This document shows positions 42,640 through 53,959 of a stretch of DNA of 64,000 nt, in pieces (positions within the stretch are counted from its first letter, which is position 1; every line of letters starts with the position of its first letter). The stretch comes from Lama guanicoe (lineage: Eukaryota). The notes beneath the pieces were generated by a model that was given only the letters and a program-made list of their open reading frames with translations, ran no database searches and was not told where the DNA came from. A program made the position numbers and the translations under genes. The stretch lies in contig MU054187.1 in NCBI GenBank assembly GCA_013239625.1, positions 4,847,757 through 4,911,756 of the forward strand, written 5' to 3'.

Positions 42640-43550
42640 CAACAATTCAGAACAGCCTCTCAGGGTCACAGTTCCTTGGTCCCCAAAATGAGATTCTCAA
42701 CCAATGCCCCAGAAGGGGAGAACCCCCACCAACGCCCCACCAGAGATGGAGCTGAACGAGTGACCAAGGCTCATCCTAAAGGGACATCTGTTCTGTCTAG
42801 CTCCGCTGCAGGCAAAGCCAGAGCACGAGGGAAGGATGCCCTGGTGTCGTCACAGGCGAGCCCACTGACGCCGTCTTCCCTGGCCAGCGCAGGCACTGAC
42901 ACACACACTCAACAAACATGGTCCCACGAAAGGTCAGACGAGGCCCAGCCCCCAGATCCAGTTCCGGTCCCAGGCGGAGGCTTCCAGAGTGGCCTGGCTC
43001 TGAGAACGGACCCAAAGCGGCTCCCAGGGAGCCCAGAACGGCTCACTTCCCACACGGGAAGGAGCCCAGGTGGAGCGGAGAGAATGTCCCCTCCTGTGTG
43101 ACCGGAGCGGCTCAGCCCGAAACCACACACACAAACACATAACCAACCAACGAGCTACGGTCGCACAGACAGAGGAGGTGTCATCTGAAAACTCCACCTC
43201 CACTCCCAGACAGAGGCCTCCGGACAGCCGGGCCCAGCTCCCGAAAGAGAACGGACCCAGAGCGGCTCCCTTCCCTGTGGGAAGAGCCCAGGTGGATGGG
43301 GAGAATTCCCAGCCTGCGCGAGCTGGAGCCACTCACCCCCGGGCGACACCGCGTGTGGACGCAGCTCCGGACATCTTCTCGGCTCCAAACAGCCTCGGGC
43401 CGGGGCGGCCGGCGCCCATCAGGGAGGGTCCTTTCCAGTTCCTGGAGGGAAGTGAGCTCCGGCTGCTGCTGGGACCCAGGAAGGGAGGCTGCCCCCAGCT
43501 GGGGTCGACCTGCCATGGGCACGGACTCCTGCACTGGTTTCACCAAGATT
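42640..43550 (-). mobile_element. ERV1 5' leader/internal region (PBS-like site, splice donor, repeated modules); no gag/pol recognised; left boundary approximate
   Basis: Directly follows the LTR; TGG-starting PBS-like 43545-43524; GGG|GTGAGT at 43339-43331; no TSD around the LTR alone. Confidence 0.65.
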
Positions 43551-43999
43551 TGTTACTGAACACAAGTCCCTGTGCCCGAGGCACTGGGAGGCCAAACAAG
43601 CCGGAACGCCGGGTCTGGAGCAGAGAGAGGGCTGCTGCTGGGCTGAGCAAGGATCGCGGACGGCCGGCGTTCCCGAAATGCCAGACTCTCAAGGGTTTCC
43701 CCTGAGCCTTTTTAAAGGCTGGGTGAGGGTGGGGCTCCCAGGGTCTGTGACCAGCTGTGCACAATTCTCTGATTGGCTGACGGTGCTCAATCCTTAGGCA
43801 CCAGAAGGTCTGGGGGCCACATGCTCATGATCATCAAGTAGTTAATTTCTTTCATTTGGTGGTGGTTTTTACCGTCTGAAAAAACTCAGGAAATATGCAT
43901 GAGATACAATTATCTGGGCACTTCAGTGAGGAGCTACAGTGGAGGTGATGGGGGAGGGGGTCTGTCTCAGGAAGGCCCATAGGGTCCTGCTGGGTGACA
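43551..43999 (-). mobile_element. ERV1 LTR, MER41-like artiodactyl family (5' LTR of a truncated provirus)
   Basis: Minus strand TGTCACCCAGCAGGACCCTATGGGCCTTCCTGAGACAGACCCC...TTCAGTAACA (TG..CA termini); CCAAT at 43776-43772 and TTTAAAAA at 43716-43709; resembles recalled MER41_BT. Confidence 0.85.
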
Positions 44000-46999
44000 G
44001 CAGAAGGTGCATGCAACCGGCAGTCAGGGGGTCCTTGTGGACACTGTCCAAGAGCAGAGTCAGTAGCAGGACAGCAGAAAAGGTTATATTCGAATAAATG
44101 GAAGTTGGTGTGGCGGACACTGCCAATTCCCTTGCAATCACCTTCCCTCCCAGTCTGCCTTCCTGCCAGAACTCCGGTTTGATCTGAGGGGCAGTGAGCA
44201 CCCAGGGATGCCTGCGTGAAACAGTTCTGGTCAATGGGACGTAGCAGGAATCTCTTGGGATTTCTGGGGAAGTTTTGGTGTCCTTTGCTCCTTTTCCTCT
44301 TTCCCTTTGCTCTTTGTCTCTCTAACTTCTCAGAACACTAAATGAAGCCACAAGTTTGGGGATGAATCCCTATGGATCCAGGAGGGCGGGAAGGTGGCCC
44401 TGCTGGGCACCCACAGCCCCAGCCTCTCTGCGCCTGTGAGCCCTTGGAAGAGCTTTAATTGGATAATTTAGAGCTGTGTTGGCTGGCTGTGTTTTCCTTC
44501 TCAGAAGGTGATTCCTCAAGCTGGTCGTAACCTGAGGCATTGGCAACAGAAAATCTCAGTGTCGTCAACGTTGATGGCAAGATTGACTTGCCCTCCCCTG
44601 AAGTGATAATCCTGTGGGTGTCTGCACGGGAATCCCTCGCCATAGCTATAAACATGCAGACACTCGGGCATCGCCCTAGGCTAACTGCATCAGTCCATGC
44701 TGGAAGGGAGCCTGGGAATCTGCTTTTAAAAGTCTAAGGTTTGAGAAATCCAGCTTTGACTGACGGCGCCTCTGTGCCACTTTCAGATTGATGCCTGTGG
44801 GCACGTCGTCTGCAATGACCCGCAGCAGGGGAGGTGAATTTGTCTCCATGACTTTGGGGGTGGATGGTTATGCCTGTATCTGGATGGGTTAGAAAACATA
44901 ATTTAAGGGCTAATTAAAAGCCCAGTGGTCAAGAAAGTCACGTGGGGATGCGACATGCTCCAGCTTGGTTCAATAAAGCATCCAGGCCTGGCGCCGTTCA
45001 CTTCTGTGAAGGATAGGGGAGCGTGAGGCGACCGGATTACCGAGGGGCACGTAAGGAAAGGGGTGAATCCTTTCAGCTCCCTGGCCGTTAAGCCCACAGG
45101 CACATGTGATACCTCTGGAGAAAACAAAGCCAGAAATACCCCCACAGAGGAGATGGGTGGGGGGTGGAGATTGGAGTTGGAAGCCAAGTGAGTTAGTTTA
45201 CACCTGGTACATTTTGAGAAACCACAGTTTTTCGCACCACTATGCAGTCCTTGCTGGAAGTCACTAGGGCAGATTATTACACATTCCCACTTGCCATTTG
45301 AATCCTTAAGTAACAGCAGGCAACTTAAAAAAAAAGTCTCGTCTTAACTCTGGGACTGAACATAAGGTCACATCCAGTGAGCAGAGCATGTCAGCTGTGC
45401 GTCACCACGGAAAGTGGGCGAAGTGTGCAGTTGCTTATTCGCAGTTCATCTCTTTGAATACCTATTCTGAAGCGCTCTTTTTTCCATACGGTGTGTTGTC
45501 CAAATTAAAATACCCTCTGAAGTAATTACAGCGAGGTAAAACCAAGATAACACGCTGGCATCACGCTGGTGGTCTATGCAGTACTTACCCTGAAATCCAA
45601 ATGATCAAAACTAGCCTCATGGAAACATGCAGACACTCAAAGGTTGTAAGAAAAGATACAGGAACTAAATGTGTGAAGCACTTCCAGTGCCACTGGGTAA
45701 ACCTGTAAACCCCGCCGCAGAGGGCTCACTGACTTCCCTCTAGTCCCAAAGCTGGCTGGGCGGCAGGAAAGACAATGAAAGCATGAGACATCAGCAAACT
45801 CCTTTACAGCTAAAAACGCGGGAAAGCAAACCTTTAGGCAAAAATGTTAAAAATAAGCTCATTTTGGTGAAACGAAGCTGCTTGAATACATCATTTTTAT
45901 GGAGACTATCCACAGTGTGGGATGGGAAGGCGCAGAGGACAGTCCCGAGAGACTTCCGCTTGCTTTACATCAGGAAGGACAGGGGAGGAGGGCGCGTGGG
46001 GTCTCTCTCCATTTACCTGAGAATGAACAAGTGATGATGGAGGCCAGCCTGTGCTGGCTGCGGGTGACCTGGCTCCCCCAGCGGTCCGTGTGATCAGAGT
46101 GAACGTTCTGGGAACGCAAGGCCAGGAAGCCGTTCAAGAAACTGGTAGGTTAAATAAAGTAGCAGGATCTTTGCCCTGTAAGACAAGGAAGACAAGAGAG
46201 AGAAAGAGGGGGGGAGAGAGAAAGCCATCTAACGCTTCTGTGTTGGTCGGCTGAAACCACATCTTGAAACCAGGTGCTAAAAATGACCCAAGGCAACAGC
46301 TAGAACGGCTTTGTAGATAAGCGCATTTTGTAATAGTACCCGGAAACGGCAGTTTCATTTAGATAGACCATCCTTCCTTTCTTCTTGTACGAAACTCTTG
46401 CCAAGACCAGATTTAGGTTTCTGTGGGTCTACCTTGATAAAAAAAACAAAAACAAAGCAAGAAGCTGCTCCACCCCAGTGCTTACCATTTTCAGAGAGAT
46501 GCGTTCTAAGGGGCTTCCTCAGGGTTGGGAAACTGGATCAAACCAGGTCAAAGAGAAATCTGGCCCCGCGTGCTGGTGCGGGCTGGTTTCATAGGCACAA
46601 GGTCTCCGGGCTTGAGCATCCTATCGACAACGTCACGTCTCTGGAAGGACTTTATCTACGAGACGGTGTCCTTTCCCTCACTGTTCCCCTCAGTCCTCGT
46701 ACAACCAGAGTGGAGACCTCGACAGAGCACTAGGCCCTGGCCTGGTCTGCCGCCCTCACCAGCTTTCACCTTTGAATCAGTTTCACCTTCACCTCCCACT
46801 CGCAGCTTATTCACCTGATGAGAGGTAACCAAACCTACAAAGCCATAAATTCGTGTGTCAAATGTTTTCCTGCCAAACAGGAAAAGCAGAAGCCCAAGCG
46901 GCCCCCGCTTTCCCCATCCGGGATTTTCTTGGATTCTTTTAGAAATAACATTAGCTTTTTTTGGAATAAAAGGTTGATGTTGCACTCCCGGAGTTGAAT

Positions 47000-47480
47000 T
47001 TAATCAGCAACAGGTGTGCTTTGACTCCGGCGGTGGCGCCGCCCCTGAGGGCCGAGGGGCCGCGGGCCCGCGGCGCGGGGCCCGACTTCCCGGGGTGCGG
47101 GTGGGGGGAGGCGCCGGCGGCAGCAGCTCCTGCCCTCGGAATCGGCCCCAGCACCCAAGTCTAGGGCTGTGGTGGGACTTAGAACACTCTGTGACTCGCG
47201 GGCGTAGATGCATTTTTACGTGACTCCCGCACCCTGGACTTCCCTTTGCCCAAAGCTGGGCACGAGCAGGACCAGGCTGGGTGCGGGGCAGCGAGCCCGG
47301 CTCCGTGAGGGCCTGCGGGGCTCAGTGCGACACGCGTCTCGTTCTCAGGCGGGAGGCGCTTCGCTTCTCTGCTTGTACGAGCTGACATAGTCCTACGTCG
47401 CCTGCCCTCAGGGTGTGTGGCGAGGATCAGGGCTGGAGCTCGGGGAGGTCCGGGGAGGAGTGGCACACCGTTGGGGCTGA
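47000..47480. promoter_or_regulatory. Orphan CpG-island-like segment ~4 kb downstream of the TOX 3' end
   Basis: Dense CpG and GC (ggccgcgggcccgcggcgcggggcccg); no exon or repeat recognised. Confidence 0.6.
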
Positions 47481-49384
47481 GCAGTAGGATACGTTTGTCT
47501 GTGCCTTGGAGCTGGACCGGATTTGATCCCAAGTCAAACTTCAGACATCAGACCGCATGGAGGGCAAAGACTTCGGAACAAAGTTACTTGGAAGTCACAC
47601 ATTGACAAACACCTGCTTCAAGCTTAGCTCCTAGGCTCGTCCCCCTCTCCCTGAGTTTAAAGGGAAGTGCCAGCCCTGGAAGGGTTAAGAGATGACCGTG
47701 TCCTTGTGCGTCCTCTCGGCCAACTTTTCTCCAGCCTGCTGCAGCTCGAAAAAGTTGAGATTAATCTTCGTAAAAGCACTCATATTGCAAAGGCTCGTGT
47801 GACTCTCGCCCTAACACTGGGCCCTTTATAGCCTGGTGTTTAACCACCCTGGAATGTTATTCTTTCCATCGCCTTCACGACTGTACTTGGAAACCACTGG
47901 CTCTTATTCCAGCGCAAAACTCAATCTGCCCTTTCTTTGACAGACTTCAGAACATTCCAAATCCACCTCATTCTACAAGTTTCCACTGAATCAAAATGAG
48001 AGGTGCACGTTTGACTGAGTGGCTGGTCCCCCTTCAGAGTCTGGGTGAGGAAGTCTGGTCCACGGGACACAGACGAACGGTCCCCACCCAACTTCGCCTC
48101 AGCGTCCCCTGGCGGGGTCTTCCCCCAGCCTTGTGGCTGATGGGGCCTGTGCCTGTCCGAGGAAACAAAACATGGGTTTTGGAAATCTGATGGCGCCGAG
48201 CCTTTGATCACTGATTTCTAACCGTCTTGAAACCCTTTTGCCTTCCAACAGTTGCAGGCTGTGGTTTTCTCGCGTGTGCAAGGTGACTAACAGCACCGCC
48301 ACTCTCTACGTGGGGAACGTTCCTCTAGTCCCCAAGCCACCTGCTGCCTTCCGGCACCTCGTATCAGCTCCGCCATCGGCCACGGGCTGACATTTCAGCA
48401 TTCAGACGCTCCCCTCCCCCACCTCAGAAAGGAAAGAAAAGTGACAGGAGGAGAAAAAGGCTCATTTGGCAATAGTTTGCTCTTGCTATTTGGCCTGGAG
48501 AAAGGCATTCAAAGTGGTGGAAGATTGCTCAGTAACAGCTGGCGAGCACCAGGGTGTGAGGCTGATTTTCAGATACGACAGGCACTTACAGGAACGCTGC
48601 CAGATACAGCTGTTTAAAAGCCTTAATAAACAGCAAGTCAATACTAATTTTTGCCAAATTAATCTTTTCCCTGACAGCCCATCACAGCAATTATGCTTAG
48701 GCTTATTGTAAACACACAATTGTCAAACAGGGACGCTGCAGCCTTGAAAATACTGTGGTTTGGTTCAGTCTCTCTTGAGAATTTTTTTTTTTTGGTCCCT
48801 TTTGGTATGTAGAATTGTAAGTCTTTCCATTTTATTTCCAGTCACCATTTTGGCTTTTTCTGGCCTCACGTCAGTGTGAATAAAATTTCACGTTCAAACA
48901 TCTCTTCTGGCAAGCTGCTGATAAAATGTGAAATGATGATGGGGAGGGTTTGCGCTGATGGGTTCTGCCAAGAAGGCATGACTCTAACCAGCGCGGACAG
49001 AGGGCCCGGCGCCGTCCTCAGGGGTCTCCAGGTCCCAGAGCAAGAACTGCACCTTCACTTCCTGCCTCCTACGTGGGATCTGGTTCGGGATACCAAGGAT
49101 GAGATGTTGGCTGAGTCAGAGAGAGAGCTGAGTCTAACGTCTCTGTAGACACACGTACTGTGAAGTGTGTGTGTCTTGGTTCCGAGGTTACTCCTCCCTC
49201 CCGCAGCTCCCAGCCTCCCTCCTTTGGGACTGTGGTGTCAGGCAGCTCCCACCCTTACAAGCCATCGTTTTGTGTGAGGATCTGGAATCTTCTCTGTTAG
49301 GGAAGGCTCTTCCATACTGGCACCTGGTTCCAAATAAAGCTAGGGAAATCTCCTTTAAGCATCTTTTTAGAAGGGACCATTTCT

Positions 49385-49528
49385 TTTTCTTTTTTTTAAA
49401 TTTATTTTTTTGTAGGGGGAGGTAATTAGGTTTCTATTTATTTATTTTAGAGGAGGTACTGGGGATTGAACTCAAGACCCTGGGCATGCCAAGCACACCC
49501 TCTACCACTTGAGCTATACCCTCTCCTC
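49385..49528 (-). mobile_element. tRNA-Ala-derived camelid SINE
   Basis: A/B-box body and tail; TSD ggaccatttct (49374-49384) / ggaccatgtct (49530-49540). Confidence 0.85.
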
Positions 49529-49652
49529 AGGACCATGTCTTCTTATCCTGATACAATATAAGCAGAGACCGGGAAGTAGGGTCTTTTATTTCTTTCATCA
49601 AGTCAGACTCACACATTGTTATTAGAAAAACAATTGAGCACCCTGTTCACCA

Positions 49653-49737
49653 TTTTGTTTTAATGGAGGCACTGGGGATTGAACCCAGGACCTCATGCAC
49701 GCTAAGCATGCGCTCTACCACTGAGCTATACTCTCCC
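49653..49737 (-). mobile_element. tRNA-Ala(AGC)-derived SINE, short form
   Basis: Minus strand gggagagtatagctcagtggtagagcgcatgcttagcgtgcatgaggtcctgggttcaatccccagtgcctcca followed by an A-rich tail. Confidence 0.85.
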
Positions 49738-50743
49738 ACGTCAACGTTTCAGTTTAGCATTTTATAAACTCGTCTCCTGAAATTTCTCCCCTGTGCTCAG
49801 CACTCCCACTTGTCTGACACCTTTCTTCTCCTTGGCTTCTCAGTTTCTCGATGTGACTAGCGTATAGTCTTTTACTTTTGTAACTAAGGCACTCTTGTTT
49901 GTTTATGCAGACCAAACGAAGACAGCACCACTCATTTTGAAATTCTTTCTTTCAATCTCTTTGTAACCTTAGGTTTCTTAAAAATTTTCCATTCCTCTTC
50001 ACCTCTCAATGCTTGTCTGCAAGGTTTAATTCCCATCTACATTTAAAGAGCTTTGAAGTCATCAAAGAAACAGCACTGAACTGCTGCGGAGGAAAACTGG
50101 TGATGTCCCACTCATCTTTCGACATATCATCGCACTTGTTGGGCACCTACTCTGGGCTGTGACATTCAAGTTGCTTTGGAGGTAAAGAAATTGTTCTATT
50201 TCAGGGAAACAGAGAGATCTGTGCTGTTGGGTGACTCACGTGAATGCATCCATTAGGTGACCCAGTGAGGTAAACGTTCGGGGCTTAGACTTAGGGTTTC
50301 ACTGAGGCACCTTCCCACTAGCTCAATGTTCAGCTCTCAGCAGAAGAGGAGAACTTCTCTGTTTCTACAGTTACCTTCAAATGAGAGTTACGAATGGAGC
50401 AAGAAAATGCAGCTCAAAATCTCTTTCAACAAATAAACATTAACAGAGCACCTGTGTGTAACAAAGACTTTCATGTTCCAGCAGATAACTGATTTATTGT
50501 AAATTTCCACATAAATTTTTTATACTAAATCAAAGAGCCAGAGAACTAGGATGTTTATGGGGGTTTACTGGAATCTGGTAAGTTAAATATTCTTGGTTTA
50601 ATTGAACGGAGCTGTCGGGGACTGACTGGAAGTGGGCACCTTGTGAACAAGACTGATGGAGTCTTTGTAAAGAACTTCTAACTCCATCTGAAATTATACT
50701 GAAGTTGGAGCCAAAGCCCCATCGTCTCTAGTTCCCAATCATC

Positions 50744-50817
50744 TTAGGTGGAACCAATGAAACTGCCACTTTGGTAGGAAAAAAGGATATTTAGGCACTT
50801 TCCTATAGCTCAGTCTA
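50744..50817. mobile_element. MADE2 mariner-derived MITE
   Basis: ~75 bp imperfect palindrome ttaggtggaaccaatgaaactgcc...ggcactttcctatagctcagtcta. Confidence 0.75.
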
Positions 50818-51589
50818 CCTTTCAGATGTTTGGGGCAACTCTTCTGAAAAAGACAAGAGGTCCACAGAAACAGTATATGGGCTGTTGATGTGCTTGGTTA
50901 ATTCTGAATTCATAAATGGAAAAAAATTCTTAATCGTCAGTCGGAGTCAGGACAGACATTCTTTGTCGTCAGGACTGCTGCTGACCACTCCTGTCTCATT
51001 CAGAAGGAGCTCCTTCTCTTTATGGCAATGAGGTGAAGAGTCACAGAGACCAGCCTTCATCCTTAGCCATGTTTGCTAACTGGACTGACCGGAAGGCACT
51101 ATTTGACTGATTTTTCACTGTTGACTCATTCACGTTAGAATAAATGGGAATGGGGATTTTGATGATTCTTTCTTGTGTATGTTAGAGAGTTGATTCAACC
51201 CTCTCCCAGCCTTTTTTTCCTTTTCTAATTTGTTATCATTTTGACGCTGGTGCCTTGGTAAAGACAGTCCACGTTCAGCACCATTGCTGAGTTGCCCAGA
51301 ATGCCTATACTGGAGGTCCAGGAATCCTGCGGAGGGCTTCAGGGCAGGGAACTCGGTGTACATCACCGCTGTGCCTTAGAGTTACAAGTATGAGCTGCTG
51401 TGCCCAGGCCAGACTCTGGCTTCCTTAAAAGTGGAGGATTCCTCAGGCAACGCCTGTCAGAGGGCCTTCTCAGTGTCTGGGGAAGGAACGCCTGGGCCCA
51501 GGGTGGCCTCTCCCCTCTTCTGCGCCTCATGGCTTCTGCCCTGACATTGATTTGGGACCTCTCATCTGGCTGGGTCTGATATCCAAATA

Positions 51590-53919
51590 GAATACGGTCA
51601 CGCATGGTAAGAATTTTTATTTACAATGTATTTTCTTTTATTTACATTTTTTAGACTGTTTTTGGTCTCGAGTTTCAACACTCTCTCTACCCTGGTTGCA
51701 CACCTGCTCTAGAAAACTGTAAACAACATTGTTCTCTCCTGCACAGCCCACCTGTCAAAGTCCAAGCTGGTTGCTTGCATCCTGGTAATTACTTCTCAGT
51801 TTAGCCTTAACACAAGTGAAAATTTTACTTTCTCATCATATAATAAATAAAAGACATTAGGTAATTAGTAGTGCTCGTATATTTCTAAAATACTAAACAG
51901 ACAAACAATAAACTGTGAACTTAATCACATGAGTTCTTATACAGTTTCAAGACAGGAAAATTAGAGCTCTCAGCTACAGTCATTTGAATAATCACATTGG
52001 ATCTGCATTATTTATTAGTTATTACATGCTCAACTGATTCAAGGTTGTACAATGCCTAAAATCATTCCAAAGCAAGCAAACCTTTTGTCTTTTTAATTCT
52101 GACTGGATTACACGATGCAAATATTCATATTTAGTTAAATGGCTAAGTTAGTTTCACACATGCCACGGAAGACACATCAGCCATTCTGATCTCCAACCAG
52201 ACGAGCTTTCTTGATAGAATCCCTTGGAAGGGAGTAATTTGCTCTTTTTGATGAAAAAGCTATGCCAACCTTCAGCCAGATTCTCAACGCTTTTGGTTCT
52301 TTAGCAAATCTCTAGGACCAATTCCCCAGAAGACCCAAGAATTCTGGAAAGAGAGCAGCTTGGAGAGACCCAAATGACAGCAAGAACCTCAACTTCTATC
52401 AACAGCTTTTGGTCTGGGGCTGCGACCCCCTTTCTTCTTTACTGTCTGGTTACTCACCTTTGATTTTTAGATAAAGTCTTGACAGTACACATTCCCTTTC
52501 CTTCCTCCTGTCCCTGGTTTAATTCCTAAATGCTTTTTGGATTTTGTGAAAAGCATGCAGATTGAGGAATTCTGATTGATTCAACTTCCAACATTTTTTT
52601 GGGGGTGGAGGGAGGGGAGTTTACAGAATTGACTAAAACCAGCTGAGAACCAAGAAGCCACCCTTTATTTTTTTTCCCCAGATAGAGAACCATCTGTTTA
52701 TAGTCTTGGAGCCTGTGTGACTTTTAGGGCAATTCTCTGTTCTATTGTATGAAGAAGGAAAGTTCTTAAATATCATAGTTTTTCACCTGCGTCAACCAAA
52801 GAAATGGAGAAATGAGAGTTGGTTACTTTGATTTGCTGCTAAAATGAAAAGTAGGTTTGGCTTTATTCACTGTAAAAACTAAATAATAAAGGATTCACAC
52901 CAAGCGTGAATTTTTTTTTTTGCCAGCAAAAGTTAAACCATCAAAGAAACCTCTTTCAAATACTAACAAATTTACTTACAAACACCTATATTTATTATTT
53001 CATAAATAGGCGCAACGGTTTCCATAAAAAAAGATTAAATACAGACACAGTATGAAGAAACAATAATACAGTGCCATAAAGGTTATAATTTAGCTGTTTC
53101 CAATCTGTTTCTGCATCTAATAAAATACCAGGTAAGCATTTGGCAGCTTTATACATAAAAGGACTTAAATGACATTTACTAACCATTACACAAAAAGTGA
53201 TACAAAAAAGCAATTTTTTTGCAGTATAAAATAAATGTGTTTGCATTTACCTTCATATGGTCTCTTTTTGTCTGATCAATGAGACAAAGCCAATTTTTTT
53301 TGAAATTAAAATCATTTGGGAATATGGTTTTTTTCCAAATATTTTGAAAATATAGAACTATTAGTCAGTTGTTTTAAAAACGAAGTAAAAATATGAATGT
53401 TTGCCAATTTAACCCCTATTGTGAAATCAATAAACTGGAATGAGCCAGTTTGAAATTACAATTTAGCTACAAAAACATTCACATTTTATACTCTAGGAGA
53501 GTGACATAGATGCCATTTACAAACCTGCTATGACTGCTACATCAAGCCATTTAAAAAGTCTTTAGTAGTTTCATATAAACACCCATTATGAAAACCACTG
53601 GGAAAGCCGGGCTTCACCCGGGACGTCTACAGTCGCTAAGGCAGGACTATGGCAGCACTTCACAGCAAACCCAACACAAAACCGGGGCGGCCCACGCCTC
53701 CTTCAGGGCGAGGGGAAACAGCGTCCAGAAAGGCTTAAAAAAATAATAAAGAAGCATGACTATTTCTTCCAGAGTGGGGGACCCACGAGCTCAAACGGTC
53801 CTAAGTGCTCAGCAACTTGTATTTTCTAATCAAACGGAGGGCTGCCTGGCGGCGCAAAGCAACCCGCGGCGGAAAGACTTCCCTGAATGCCTCAGTGGAA
53901 AGAGGAGGTGTTCAGATTC
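51590..53919 (-). other. TOX: TOX 3'UTR (~2.3 kb, AT-rich); 3' boundary approximate
   Basis: Follows the stop codon, has no recognisable interspersed repeat, and ends at tandem AATAAA signals. Confidence 0.8.
51616..51642 (-). terminator. TOX: Tandem polyadenylation signals of TOX (AATAAA at 51642-51637 and 51621-51616)
   Basis: Plus-strand tttatt occurs twice, each within TGTAAATAAA on the minus strand. Confidence 0.8.
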
Positions 53920-53956
53920 TCAGGTGAGGTACAGTGCTTTGTCCCTCTGCACGCCT
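53920..53956 (-). CDS. TOX: TOX last coding exon (G)GVQRDKALYLT-stop
   Basis: Acceptor ttctcttcacacag|A completes the split codon GG+A; ends in TGA at 53922-53920; matches the TOX C-terminal RDKALYLT. Confidence 0.96.
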
Positions 53957-53959
53957 CTG

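Noticed and set aside
43070..43705. 211-aa ORF and overlapping long ORFs
   Set aside because: GC-rich ERV leader/LTR lacking stops; antisense to the element; no gag/pol/env motifs.
49664..49737. Apparent tRNA-Ala(AGC) gene
   Set aside because: Followed by an A-rich tail rather than an oligo-T terminator, has an imperfect acceptor stem, and four related copies with tails and TSD-like flanks occur in the window: a SINE.
20255..49737. All five tRNA-derived SINEs are on the minus strand
   Set aside because: Five same-strand copies have a 1 in 16 chance under random orientation; too weak to infer bias.
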